This document shows positions 48,571 through 62,248 of a stretch of DNA of 64,000 nucleotides, piece after piece. Below the pieces are notes generated by a model. That model was not told the DNA's origin, did not search any database, and saw nothing but the letters and a program-made list of their open reading frames with translations. This DNA is from Selaginella moellendorffii (Eukaryota; Plantae; Lycopodiophyta). The position numbers were made by a program, and so were the translations under genes. Every line of letters starts with the position of its first letter. The first letter of the stretch is position 1. Where the stretch lies: the NCBI RefSeq assembly GCF_000143415.4, contig NW_003314296.1, forward strand, positions 1,339,858 to 1,403,857, read 5' to 3'.

Positions 48571-51500
48571 GTAATCTAGAGTGCTAGAAACCAAAACAAA
48601 CTATACGTCTGGTAACGCTGTTTATTCTTCAGATCTTGAAATTGCTTTTCGGTGTTCAGGAGCAAGAAAACGGGCTTGTGGATAAGGTAGCTTGGTGCGA
48701 TTCACGAGCTGCTGACAAAAGCTTTGGTTCAGGAATTTCTGAAATTGCTTGTAGACAGCGCTCAACGGAATGTTCGACAGAGTTTGCTTCAGATGCAGGT
48801 GTCGTACCTGGTGGTATTTTCAATCTGTGTTTCTTTCTGATCACTGAAGTCTGCAGTATCTGTGTGCTGGAAATCCCGTAAACAGGAAACTAGATGCGAA
48901 AGATAGTATGCCGAGTTCGTTCGCTGTCGTAGACAGGTAAGAATCCGAACACAGCATTACGACTACTACTACCACACGTTGTTCTTAAGCTTGTGCGCTG
49001 AATTAGGCACTCGGACGAACCAACCTCTTCAAGCTCGCATCAATCTCATACTTGAAGATTTCGAGTTTGTTGCACTCCTTGTTCAGGTAAGACAACAATT
49101 TCGACCTTTTTTTTGTCTATCTTGTTTCTGTCAGGAAAACTACATCAACTACAAGCCTGCTAACTGAAAGGAAGCGTTTATCATGGATTCTATTTCAAAA
49201 GCTTCGGATTACCTTTACGTTGGAGACATGACCAGCAAAAGCATGCACAAGTATCGGACATGGGAGCTCACAAACTTACTTTGTGCAGTTCTGGCTCTGA
49301 CCTGGTATGACATGCAACTTCTCAACTGATGTACTGGTATGTACTGGTATGTGATCTGCAGTTCATCTGTTCTGCAAGGGAGGAGGGAGTCGTTCGATGC
49401 TGTAAGCTTTAATAACCTTGTTCGGATATTCTACGATATGTGTTTTGCAGATGGAAGATAAACTCAGATTTCCTGCATGGCTTACAAAGGGTTGTAAGAG
49501 GAAGAAAAGAGAGGGACGTTTGCACTGCAGGTCTGGCCGAATCGTGAGATATTTCTGTTTCTGCCTTTAGTCTGTTTTCAGCTTCAGAAGGTTTTGGCTT
49601 TGCAGATTCATTCCAGAACTCGATATCCTACCACCGTTGCTCAAGCGCCAAGCTCAGAGTGTAGGAACTGTACATTTGCTGGTGATCTGCTACTGACCTT
49701 TCTGGTACCAGATTCCAGATTTCCAAGGTCCCGCGGCTGAAGATCACGCATTTAAACAGACTACGGATGAGCTTTTCGCTCTGCTCAAGGAATGTCGGCA
49801 CTGAGTGAGGTTGGAGTGTCAATTCGGGCAATGGTTTTCAACATGACTCGTTGATGCTTTGAATGCACAGAGGTATGAATGATTTTTGTCCTGAAACGGT
49901 TGAGCCGTCTTGATGTTAACAGTGTGTCTCATAGCTGAAACAGATGCGCTGCGCTGCCTCCTTCGAATTCAACAACGCAGTGTGTCAAAGACGTGACAGT
50001 GTCACAGACGTTCATGGCACTCGTAGTCGCAAATCGTTGCGCTGCTTGTGAGGGAGCTGAGCTCGTTGGAGTGTCAAAGACATTCACGGCAAACCTTCGA
50101 ATTCATTTCTGCTTGCAGCAAGCTGAAATGAGTTCGCAAATGTTCGGCTGCTTGTGANNNNNNNNNNNNNNNNNNNNNNNNNNNNNNNNNNNNNNNNNNN
50201 NNNNNNNNNNNNNNNNNNNNNNNNNNNNNNNNNNNNNNNNNNNNNNNNNNNNNNNNNATAATGGCTAAAGTGCATACCTTAAACAGGGACAATACTGCAA
50301 TAGTAAATTTAAACCATTTAATAAAGTACTATAAAGATATAAACATAAATATTATCTATATCTTAGGATATAAAACTATGGATAAACTCATGGATGAAGC
50401 CCTTCCAAGGATTCATCATGATGAGCTACCTAAGTGCACAAATAGCATGGCCAACTGGATGAAGGATAAGAGTCTAAAAAAATTCTACAAAACTACATCA
50501 AACTTTGTAAGACCATAAAAAGGTAAATTGATTCTTCAATTATGGGATCCTATAAAATTGATTTTCAAAATGGATGAAAGGGATATTAAAATTACTTAGA
50601 ATCTTATTTCCAAATTTTTCTATCTCCCTATAGAGCTAAATCAGTGGAATTGGATAGAAAGAGTACTTTTTTCATATAAGCTCAGACAGGGATTTACTCA
50701 TCTAGAATAAAGGGAAAATACATATCCCTTGGGAAAAATTTGTCTTTATGCTATAGAAACCTTTATATATCGAAATGCTTTCTTTGATGAGAAAGTTCCA
50801 AGAAAAGAAATCAAGGGATATATTGAACAAATATTTCTTTTTTTGGAGCAAATTTTCCCTCAAAATCTTGTTAGTATGGCTTATAAAAATTTTCTCCAAG
50901 CAATATAAAACTTAGAGGAAAAAGAAAAGAAAGGGGAAATACTTTAAAAGTAATGTCTACATTTTTCTTGCCCCATTCTATAAACTCTATCAGCAAACCA
51001 CAAGGATTAATGAGTAGAGATTACTAGGTCAATAAAGAAAAAAAAAATCCATAATATGTTTGCATACAAAAGCAAACAAATGCAACCTAGAGCAGGATTT
51101 GGAGAATCCAACTACCTGAGGATAGACAGTAGCTTTGTCATGGGGGAGTGATGAAGAAATAAATGTTTTATCCTGTGTATCATCCTAGGCAGAGCAAAAG
51201 AAAAAATCTTAAACAAAATGGAGTTACACCTAAGTGTAAGTATTCAAAGAAGAAAGACCCAACCTAGGCAACACATGTCATAGATAAACATGAAGCAATT
51301 AAGAATGGTTTTAAAATCATATAATATATAAATAGCACTTAGATGCACTGGAAAACAACCCCCACTCACTCCTATATGCATTTATATTGAATTAACTATT
51401 TTTTTCTCCTATCTATGACTGTTTGTGCAAAGTAGAGTTGAAAGAGTGACATATGCTTATCTTTAGTCACGCTTTTGGGGTTTGAGGTTGAATTCTCTTC

Positions 51501-53768
51501 TACTCTTCTATTCTTCTTTTCTTCTTCTTTTTTCTATGTTTTTGTCTTTGTTTATTTGTCACTATTTTATATGGAGGGGCAAAAATGTGAGTATAGGTAG
51601 AAAAAGCCTTACTCACATGTACTTACATATTTAATATTTTAATTTCATTAGAACTTCAATTTAAATTTCCTTTATAAAACTTTTGATTAACTGTATTGAC
51701 TTTTGTGAAGCTGAGCTCAACTCAACTTTGGACCACCCTCAAGAAGACTAGATGAAACATGTAAAGGCATTTTGGTCTGCTAAAACATATAGATGGTAAG
51801 GATAAAGTTTTTAAATATAAAGCCACCAAAATTGTTATTGAAAAAATTCTAATATCTTACAAGATATTATGATATGCTTGGACAATATGCAACTATATTT
51901 TGCCATCAAATATATACAGCTGAGCATAAATTTGTCCCAAAATTAAAGAAATTAATAATCACTATGTTGGGTTGGAGAAGCACTAAAAAAATTGATTATC
52001 AAGTTTTTTTAAAAAATGGATTAGTGGCCTCAACTGCTTCAATCTATGACTTAAGAGAGTGATCAAGTTTATATTAACTCTACTCTTGCCTAAATCTTGA
52101 AAAGAGCAATTGGTCTTAATGAATAATAATATAGAAAGTCATGGAGATCCATGAAGAAGAAATGGAGCTAAGATGAAAAAAAGTAGATGACTCATTTAGT
52201 TTAATTGGAATCACAAATGTTGTATCCATCATACAAGTTTGAGGATGAGCATAGAGACAAAAATGAAATGGTCTACATCTTCATAATACATATAAAGGTG
52301 GTTTTTTATTCAACATTATCATTCAACATTGATAAAATGCCATTGACATATAGCTCTATTCTCCATTAGAATTTGTGTTTTGCTTATGTGTTAGTTACTC
52401 CAAGACTGGGATTGTTGGACAAAGAACAAAAGTTTAATGATGACACTCCAATTGTTATTTTTGCAATGCCAAGGTGAAAATATTCTTTAAGGGTTGGATT
52501 GTCCCATAAAATATTGGTGGTAACCATTAAAACTTTGATGCAAAGGCAAATATAGATTTTGGAGCCTTGGCACAATTGCTAGAATTTATTAATGGTGGTG
52601 CACTCTTGATTAATATTGTTAAATATGTTGGTGATGCATTGAATAAAGAGATTGAAATCCTAAAGAACAAGATCACTTTTTTCAAAAAAGGTGGAAAACC
52701 AAGAAATAGGTATGCTAGTAATAAAAGATTTGATGAAGACTACATAATAAGTCAAAGTAGAGTATTGGCTATACTATATATTGATTCACATATTTATCTC
52801 ATTTTGTTGAGGAAAATTTTTACTTACATACACATTTTTAGCTTTGAATCTTGATACTCTACAAAAGTTATATCAAACAATGAAATAATTTAATACAACA
52901 CTTCACTTGCAACTCTACCAAATTATTGAACACCAATAATGGCTTTCTAGTTTGATGAAAAGGATATGAAAAAACCATTAATATTAAAGTGGTCAAATTG
53001 TGAGTTTATTGTTTAAAAGAGGGGAGACAATGAAACTATTAATAAACTATGAAAAAAGATAAAAAATAAATGATAAATTTTTGTTGAACACTATTTCCAA
53101 AACTTTACTTTTATAAAGGCTTTGGAAATCAAACTAGTCCAACCCATCTAATCCAAAATTTTAATTAAGGTATGGCTTTATGTTAATCCTAAATGCCTAT
53201 CCAATGTGCATAGTAGGTTTTGAATTTAAATCCGATGAGTGAAGGTTTGGGATTTGATTTTTGCTATGGCTGATATAATAAATATGCTCCTCAATAAATA
53301 TAGAGAGATGGCAAATATATAATATGTAAAAGCAAAATGTATTGAAAATAATTATAAGATCTAGAAAAAATAAAAAATACTAATAAAAAAGAGTAAGCCA
53401 CTGTAAGGAAATGCCTAACAATGGATAGACCAAATTCAATAGAGTTGAACTAAGATTATACCATTGGAATTTTTTTTTTCTATTTACTTGATGATGTTGT
53501 ATCATTATCAAGTGTAATTTTTAATCATGCTATAAGGCATAATTTTATTGGTGTCATTTCGCTCTTACTGTTTTAGTAATGATGTAGTTAAATCTGTTTA
53601 TGAGCTCAGATTGGGTAATAATTTTAAAGATAAACTATAATGAACCTGCCCTTTTTTTTAAGATTTTAGACACATATTTTAAATTACTGAAACAGCTGAA
53701 TTGCGCTTAAAATACTGTGAAAACCATAAGAATTAAGGAGGAGATTCCATTTTCTGTACAAAATGAAG

Positions 53769-55688
53769 TTACAACAAAAACTCTCTAAGATATTTAACTC
53801 GAGTCGGATGCTTCAACTTCATCATTCCCCGAATCTCATACTTTCGAACCATCTCCCTTGAAAGGTTGAGGTTACGTCCAATCTCAGTGAACGATCTCTC
53901 GCCCTTTCCATCCAGTCCATAGCGCTGGCGAATTATCAAGCTCTCCTTTGGTTTCAAAGAATCTAGCTGCAAGAAAGAATGTTAGAGAAGAACAGAGGTG
54001 TAAGAGAAACATACTACATCGTCCATTCCAAGGCGAAGTTGAGCTCCCGCGTTGAAATACTGTGCCTCGTTCTCGTCTGGATCGCTGATGCTGTGGATCA
54101 GCTCCTCTCCTGTTACTTTGGAGCGCGCATTTAGCGATCTCCTGGGAGCACCCGTCCTCAGGACTTCAAAGTATCTCCTCGAGTCCATCTTAAGTTCCGT
54201 GATCACCTCCTCGTGCGTTGGTTCCCTGTCGAGCTCGAGAGACAGCTGAGCTCGCTTTCTCTGGATAGTCATCTTTTGCTGCCGGACAAAACAACGAGTC
54301 CCTCGTCACCTCACGGAGCTCTAGAGAAAGAAGAAAGCTAAAAGGCTTACCGCAGCAACGTTGTATGGTACTCTAACGATGTGTCCCAGCCTTGTTTGTG
54401 CTCGGAGAATGCTGTTTTTAACCCAGTATACTGCGTAAGTCGAGAAGCGATAGCCTTTCTTTGGATCAAACTTATCGACTGCGCTCATGAGGCCCGGGAC
54501 ACCCTCTTGGCATAAGTCGAGCAAAGATAAGCTGAGCTCCTCTTTGAAGTACTTACGAGCCTGATGAGCTACTAGCCGGAGGTTGTGCTGCAAAACAAGC
54601 AGTGCTGGCTGAGATCATGATATCCTGGCTTGGAAACTAGTAACAGGATATCGAGATTATGTGTGAACCTTGATCATCTTGTTCCTTGCGGCCTGACCCA
54701 ACTGTAACAGCCGCCGAAGCGTCTGTACACTCATCTCTGCCACCTTGGCCCATTCTTCCTCGGAAGGCTCTCTCTTTAAATGCTCGAAAAACTTTAGTCT
54801 TACTTGCTGGAGCCTCTGCATAGAAAACAGGTTTTAGAAGAAAAACATAGAGAAGTAGAGCATATGTACCTTTGCCGGGGCCATGAACCACGCAAGACGA
54901 ACTTCTTCCGGGCCTGTCAAGCGAAGCCGCGGAAGTTTGTCCCAGTTGAGCACTAGCATGCTTCCACTGGCACCATACTCCTTGATAAGAACCTCGGCCT
55001 CCTGAGACCACGGATCGAATTCACAACCCGGCGGAGCTGAAACTTTCGCTGGAGTTTCAACCTCTTCACTGGCCAAAGGAGCGCGATCCTTTGCCAGCTT
55101 CTCAACACGCTCCCTATGCAAGGCCATCCTGCTCTCCAGACCAAGCCGACGCTTCTTATGGTGCTTGACGATCAAAGGCTGGCTGACCAAATCCATAGAC
55201 AAAGCTCGCTGTTCTTCCTCCACGCCGTGAAACCTCTCTAGTGACCGTAGTAGCACCGGCTCAAAAGCTGGTTGACGGTAGGCCGATTCAAGCAGAGCCG
55301 AGAGACTGTTCCTAAGCGAGAGTTCATCCAAAGTCATGGATGGCGACAAAGTCTCGAGCTCCTCAGTGGCCACTGCCGGTATCTGTGTGTTCTTGCGACG
55401 TCCACCTTTCTTTGGAGAAGTTGACGCCTTTGCCTTTCGTTTATCCTTCGCTGCTAACTGTTTGTCCGAATCTACCAGTGCATCCTCCACGTATCTACAG
55501 CTCCAGCAGTGCTGGAGATCCACCCTGTGGCCAAAAATCCCACTAGTTGCCGCTCTAAGTCCCTGGAGCTGCGAGCAAAAAAACGAGCTCTCCAAGACCC
55601 CCGGAATTGGTCCCCAGCATTGAGAGAACGATCCTCTGTGAAAGATGTGTGTGGCAGCCGCTGCGTAAGCATAAGCTACCAGGACCAT
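53769..55688 (-). CDS. SIG5: Plastid RNA polymerase sigma factor 5; exons 55688-54870, 54815-54669, 54587-54351, 54278-54015 and 53966-53769 (554 aa)
   Basis: [27 protein letters not shown] and [35 protein letters not shown] are characteristic of SIG5/SIGE. All introns are GT-AG and phase 0. Confidence 0.92.
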
Positions 55689-56125
55689 TTTTTAGTCTCA
55701 CCACATCTGGAAGGAAGAAAAAAAAAGAAAGAAAGAAATCCGGTGAGTCAATCGCTCTATAATCCATTCCAAGCACACACAAATCGAACTTATCGATCGC
55801 TCTATCTGCTCTATCCGCAAAATCGCGAGCTCGCGATGAGCGACTCGCGACCTAGCCATGCTGCGATTGGAATTCCACACTCCAATCCTGCCTAGATCTA
55901 CCTGAGAGAGGATTGGCTGTCGAGATTGCGTACCTGAGCGGCGCCCGGATTCCGTCGCTGCGCCAAGAATTTGGCTCCACGCCGCGCCGCGCATTCAAAC
56001 CAGCGCCATAGCCACGGGGCGGTTTGAGCATATTGGCGGCATTCCATGCGTTGGATGGGAAATCCAACGGCCCACATTTCGGGGAAAAACCCGCGGATTA
56101 GGGTTTAAACTCCAACCGATAAACC

Positions 56126-56163
56126 GACGTGTCACTTTTTTATCCAAGAACGCCCACGTGGCA
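56126..56163. promoter_or_regulatory. G-box/ACGT elements upstream of SIG5
   Basis: GACGTGTC and CCACGTGGC; a telo-box TTAGGGTTT lies at ~56098. Confidence 0.45.
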
Positions 56164-57648
56164 AACTATCTTGATATTTGAATCGAGGAGCCCTAAAAAA
56201 ATGGGGGGCTTTTAGCGCAAGGGCTAGCGGCGATATGGATCGAGGTTTGTGATTCTTTCTTATAGATCTCATCGCTTCGAGGGAGCGCATTGCTTGTAAC
56301 ATTCGATTTGTGTTGGCTGGGGTGAGTTTAGATGATCCGAGTGTTGTCTCTGTTCTTGGGGCGTCGATTTGGTATTTGATCTTGTAAACCCCCCTTTTCC
56401 TTCCATTGATCATTTCGCTTGTTACTTGTGGCAATGGTTCTAAATCTTCCTTGGTGATCTCTAATCGCGCAAGAATTTCTCGTCCCAAGCATTGCTCCTT
56501 TGTCTTGTTTATTTTTCCTTCACTCTTTCCATTGACTATTTTTGCTTGTTAACTTCTCACTGGCATGTTTCACTTACTTGGTGCTCTTTCTTTCGCTTGG
56601 CCGTGTTTTTCTCAGAGTCGAGCTCATCAGCAAACAACGCTGGTCTGTTACTTTCGGCCATCGCTTTTTTCTTTTTTTTCTTTTTTCCTTTTCTCACCCG
56701 TTTTTTCAACCTCGGTGCCTCAAGCGTTACCTTGACCCGATGCATGCATGCTTGCTGGTGAGGAGTCAGGATTTCCTGGTAGATCTTTTTAAGCTTGCGG
56801 ACTCTTCTTTCTCTTTTTTCTTCTTCTCCGTCTTTCGTTGGGTAGTTTGGTGGCTGGTTTCTTTGAAACTTTGCAATAGAAAAGGTGTAATAGAATGGGA
56901 GAGGGAATGAACTTTGCATGATTTAAGAGAGCTTAAGATATGCTGAGCTCTGCATCTCCGCCAACCCCACCAGCTAGATTTAATTCGTAGTCTTGTTTGT
57001 TGAAGCTAGCTTCAAGCCTGTAGCGGAGTACGATGCAAGCCGATTCTTTGCATTGATCACGAAAGTGACCTGCTTAGTTTTTATTTTCAGCGTGTTTGTC
57101 TCCTGACAGAAAATACAAGCAGTGTCCAGGATCAAAAACTATTGTGCTCCGATGGATGATTGCATAGTTTTTTATTTCCGTCTTCTTGCTTGACAACAAC
57201 CTTACGTGATTTTCTTTTTTCGTCAGGTTCCGTAGGTTTGGAACTTGGATGTTTTGGAATCCGAGAGCTCGTACGCGATCAATCTAACGAGAGGTATGGT
57301 TAACAAAAACCTGAGTGACTTCAACTTTAGAGTTTTGAGCAGTTCCTCATGCAGTATCCACTTTCGTTTTAGAGTTTCACGTAATCAAATCGTAACTCCA
57401 TTGTTCTCCCCGTCCATAGTCGTCTGCACAGGCGTCCTGAGTCAGTGGTAGCAATCTCGGCATTGGATCAATAACCTCCTCCTGCTCACTCCATGTCGGC
57501 GAGTGTCCTGTGTCCAAAACATTGCCCAGTCGGGAAGAATGCTTATTTGAAAGAAAAAGAAAAAATTTCAAAAGCGAAACTCTCTCAACTTTTTTTTTTT
57601 TTGGTGCATTTCTCTTTCTCCTACCTAGAGCTAGAAAAAAAATCTGTG

Positions 57649-59070
57649 TCATGGTTGATGAGAGGTTTGCTGGGAGTTTTGACATGTACCTTTTGCAGAA
57701 ATAACGGGGTAATAGTTTTGATGCATCAGGATTGTGGGAGGGTCACTTTGTTGCGTGCTACTCGGTGTGCTCACGGGTTGTCCGATCATCATGGGAAGCC
57801 GCCTCTCCCGTTGCTGCTGCTGCTCCGTCAACATGGAGCTGCTGCTATCGTCCTCGTCTCTGGAGCAACTCGCTGGTACAGCCGCAGCCGACTCGAGCAA
57901 GTCGAGGCAAAGCCTGAGCTTGTTATGATCGGCAGTCACTCCCGTGAGAGCTCCCACCGCCAGTGCCTCAGACGCCAAGTTCTGGAGTATGTTGAGCGCC
58001 GTAGCACCGGTTGGAGTGGTGGAGTGTGGATCGGCGTGGTGGTCGAGAAGGACCGCTATCATCTCGGGGTCGGCCAGCTCTCCAGCAATGTGGAGCGGAG
58101 TTCTTCCGTCCGGACCTGGCATATTGACATTGGCTGCCCCCAGCTCTAGCAAATTCTTGACGACTTTGCGGCTGCAGTTTGCTACGGCATAGTGGATGGC
58201 CAGAGTTTTATCCAAGTCGAGGCCTTCTCCCATCACCATCAGCCTCACGAGCTCTACATCCGATGAGTCGAGGGCCTTCTGCATCCTCCTCGTCCGCTGG
58301 TCGTCCAAAGCATCGCTAGAATGCGCTTCGAAGCCGTATCCACACTTTTGCCTGATGGCTTCTACCTCGGCTACTACTTCTCCAGGCAAGTGCTTTCGTA
58401 AAACTTCCGAGGACAGACCTGACTTTGCTACTAGTTTGGAGCAGACTGACCAGAGATGGAGCAAGTCCTGCTTCCTCGCCGCTGCAAGTATCCGCATTAC
58501 GTCTTCAATCGATGCTTTCTCAGCAATTCCGGCCAGCTCCCTCTACAGGTACACAGAAAAGTTCCTGTTAAGTTTCTCCTCTTTGGAGTAACTCTCTCAC
58601 TCTCTCTCTCTCATGGGTTTTTTTTTCCTTTCCTTCTTCAGTGATCGAGTGCAAACCTGGACTAAGATGGAGAGCTGCTCGATGCTGAAGACTTGAGCAG
58701 CATGCAATGCCTCGAGAGCAAAATCCACCGCTGATCTGCAGTAGACGTGCCAGCAAGCGCCTTCTTTGCAACCGGTTGGATGCGGAGGGACCAGAGATAA
58801 TTGGCCGCTGTATAGAAACTGGAGCATGAGCATGAAGACGTCGTATCCAACAATTCCCACAGGGATCGGTGGCCGTCCTGGTATGTCTTGTGAAGCTTCA
58901 CTGCTGCAAAAGATCATCCTAAAGAATTGGCTTCTTGCTGCCAGGACGCACTTGTGAGCGTAGACCGGCCTGCCTTCGACTGTGAAAGTCACATCGCTAA
59001 ATGCCTGCCCGTTGGCCAGAAGGTTGAGCAAATCACTGGAGAGCTGCTTCAGAGGCTCCTCCAGATTCAT
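57649..59070 (-). CDS. BOP: BTB/POZ-ankyrin protein, BLADE-ON-PETIOLE (NPR family); exons 59070-58657 and 58542-57649
   Basis: LNLLANGQAFSDVTFTVEGR..H.CVLAARS, EKASIEDVM, ALDSSDVELVRLMVMGEGL and ankyrin GRTPLHIA; single intron. Confidence 0.92.
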
Positions 59071-61064
59071 CCCTCCGGCCAAAGTATGGAAGTGAAGTAA
59101 GGACTTCTTTCCTTTTACGCTTTCAAGCCGCGATCATGGAAATGATGCAGATGGAGGACCATGGGAGAAATAGGAGAAATGGAAGAAGCGCCGAGAATCT
59201 GGGAGCAAAGATGAGCAGAAAATCCTCCGGAGACTGCGAGGAGCCAGCTTCTCACCGTAACAGGAGAGGAGCTCTTGAAGAAGACGAGCAAGAGACCGGT
59301 ATCTCCATGCCGACAACATCCAAACCCAGGTATTCTTCTCCTCGCTACTTCTCCAGCTTGGTGCGTGTTAGACGCTTCTGGTTCTCCCACATAGAGATCA
59401 GTGCAATTTTTTCGAGCGCTCACCTCTCAGTGAACAGGGCCTGGAAGCCGATACACATTGTCTTTTTTCTTCTTCCTGTTGTGTTCTGCCGTTCTGCAAG
59501 CTATAGATGTAGTATATATATATTCATGGATTTATATTTTTCTTCTTTCCTTTTTTCTTTTTTCTTTCCATCAGAGTTGACCCGGAGGAGTTCCTGTGCT
59601 CTTCGATGGCGCTTAGCTACTAAACGCGATCCCTCGGGAGTTTTAAAGTGAGGTCGGGTCGCTTTGACTCTTTTACTTGTTCTTTCTTTTGTGGTATTAA
59701 CATGGCTGGCAGGCTGTAGCTAGCAAGCTAGAGACAAGGGAACCTACAGCAGAGAGTTGATGCAAGATAAGTTTCACTTTAAACAATTTTCGCTGTTTTT
59801 TCTTTGTTTAGTTTGTTTTTCCTTTCGTTTTCAACTGGTTTGTGTTGCACCATGATTGGCAGGGGAAAAAAGAGCGTGTAGATCTGAGATGAGTTTGGTG
59901 AGAACCAAACCAAAACGGAAGGAGCGCTCCTCGTTCTCGCTAATCTGCTCGGGTAAGTTGTAAGTGATCTTATGATTGGTTACTCAGCAAGATTTTCGCT
60001 TTGGTCGCTCGGTCCCTTCCACTTCTAGCCTGCTACCTTTCTTCCAGAGGAAAAGTTAGAGCTTTCTTGGTTTCTAACCCTCCTAACTTTTCCTCTCTTT
60101 TGTTCTTTGCAACAGGAAGACAATCATAGGCTCGGCATTTCTAAATCCATCGCAAGCCGAGGAACGCTACGCTCCTTCTTGGATCCCTAGGAAAAAGCGC
60201 ATCAAAGGTACGACTCGATCAAAACTCTCCTTTTCCGCGACAGACACTGTGAAGCAAAAAGAAGAACTTAGTAGTAGCAAGAACTAAGAGACGAAGAACA
60301 GGGTAGGTAGATAGGAATTGCCTCGTTGGTATATCTCTAGCTGTGGCTACGTAGCACCATAGCGCTGGCAGCACTGGGACACAGGGAGAGGATTTCTGGA
60401 GAGTGTGACAGACAGTACAGACAGTGTACACACACTACTCAAGTCTGCTGCCGATAGGAAAGGATCGAGAAGTGTTGTCACAGCACAGTGGTCGTGGTGG
60501 TGGTGGTGGTGGTGAAAGAGCAAAAGGTGGACGAGTAGCGGCACTAGCAATAGAATGGGCTGCAAGTTTTGCAGAGGAGGAGAGCGACCGTGCGTGCTCG
60601 CTCTGTAGACACAATAGAGACCGACAGCAGCAGGGACATATGGTGACACTTCCTCCTTTTTTTTTTACTGCATTTTACTGCCGAGCAAACAAGTAAACGA
60701 CAAGCAGGCAGGGCAGGCAGGTAGAATCCTCCGGTGTGGGGTTTAGTAAACTAAGAGCCTATGGATCGAGAAGGAAAGCCCGGGAATCAAAGCAGGAATC
60801 AAAGCAAGAAAAGCGAGCCGAGCTTTCCAGATCCTTCGCGAAGAAACTCAAGTGATCTTAAAGGAAAAGCTCAAGCTTGGAAAAACCACGAAGAAAGAAG
60901 AAGAGAAAGGCATGGGCTGGAAGATCCTTCTTTGGGAGGCTAAAACTTCGTGGGATAGGTGTAGCGGGTCCACGTGCGGCTTTCTGACCGCTCTATTCTC
61001 TAATTAAATTCCACAGGTTGCTCACCTTCCATTGTCAAATCCTGTTAGATCAAAACAAAGAAAT

Positions 61065-61445
61065 GTCACTTACGTAGGGTCTTCGCACTTTGATAGAAAT
61101 CTCCTTGTGTGACAACTTAGAACGAGTGTGGCTTGTTACTTCCAAACTTATGAAGAAAACTACATTGGGTAATGGCAGTTGGTAGAAATCTCAGTGCTTT
61201 GATTGATCACACCCAAGAAATGTTACATATGAAGAAAATTACATTGGGCCATCCATCACACTTGACAGAATTCTCCTTGGCTCACTGGTTTGATCGCAAC
61301 AAAAATGTTACATCGAAACTTATGAGGAAAACTACATTGGGTCATCAGACTTGACAGAAATTTTCAGTAGTTTGATCACAAAAAAGCGATGTTACTTCTA
61401 AACTTATGAAGAAAATTAGATTGGCTCTTCACACTTGATACAAAC
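61065..61445 (+). repeat. Degenerate ~85-bp tandem repeat (4-5 copies)
   Basis: GTTAC..AAACTTATGAAGAAAA(C/T)TACATTGG at ~61134, 61222, 61307 and 61391. Confidence 0.75.
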
Positions 61446-61908
61446 CTCGTTGTGTCTCAGTGGTAGTGACAACAGAAACTCAAAAGCTCATCGGAAATCT
61501 CACGCTCTTGCGAAAAGTATCGTCATCGACACAGAGGAATAGAAACAAACCGGATGCCTCAGGACTAGAGAGCCTGTTTTCTACACCAAAGCTTCAGGTA
61601 ATACGTGCAAAGCTAGTAAGCATCACCGGCACCCGGCCATGGTTTCCACTGCCTTTTGTTTGTCACTGAGAAAGCACAAAATGCAATGGAGGTATGCAAA
61701 GTGCAAAGAAATGACAAGCATCAATCTAGCACACATTGGTTATTTCCAGGACTTGACGCTAAGGACAGTGCCAAAGAGCCAATTGCCCGAGTGTGTGCAT
61801 CAAACACAAGCAAAGAATAACGCAAGAAAACGAGAGAAAGAAAAACCCATACCCGATTCGGGTTAACAAAGTTTTGATCTCGGGAAAAACATCGACTCGA
61901 TCACAAAC

Positions 61909-62194
61909 TCACAGGCCCAGCTTGGTCCTTCGCCAGTGCCTCCTCTTGGCATTGTAGCTACAAGAAAGATTAAACCAAAAGAAGATCAGGAATATCCGAT
62001 GAAAACGAAAGCGCTCTATCGGCATTTACCGGATGGTGTTGTCGGTCCGCATCCTGATCCAGTGAGGGATTGGGCGATTCTGGCGCAGCTTCTTGCCCAA
62101 TTTCTGCTTGATCCGGAACGTCTTGTGCGACGGCTGCGCAAAATCATAAGCTTCTCAATCCCTGAGCAATCAAACGCGAAGGAAATCATACCAT
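61909..62194 (-). CDS. RPL39: 60S ribosomal protein L39 (eL39); exons 62194-62192, 62133-62030 and 61957-61909 (51 aa)
   Basis: Spliced translation is [51 protein letters not shown]. It is not in the ORF track. Confidence 0.96.
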
Positions 62195-62248
62195 GGCGGC
62201 AGGGGCAGCGCTCGCTCTCTCCCGAAAATGTGGGGCTCCGCCGCAATC

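Noticed and set aside
50258-53100. Transposase relics in AT-rich DNA (also ~6700-8260 and 2430-3540)
   Set aside because: Probably decayed TE coding sequence, but I could not assign a family from motifs.
56900-56952. Box C/D snoRNA (ATGATT...CTGA)
   Set aside because: Box C is imperfect, the spacing is short and the rRNA complementarity I could see was 8 nt or less.
57493-59651. + strand ORFs overlapping BOP, and similar antisense ORFs over WNK, SIG5 and pol
   Set aside because: Antisense shadows of GC-rich coding sequence with no domain signal.
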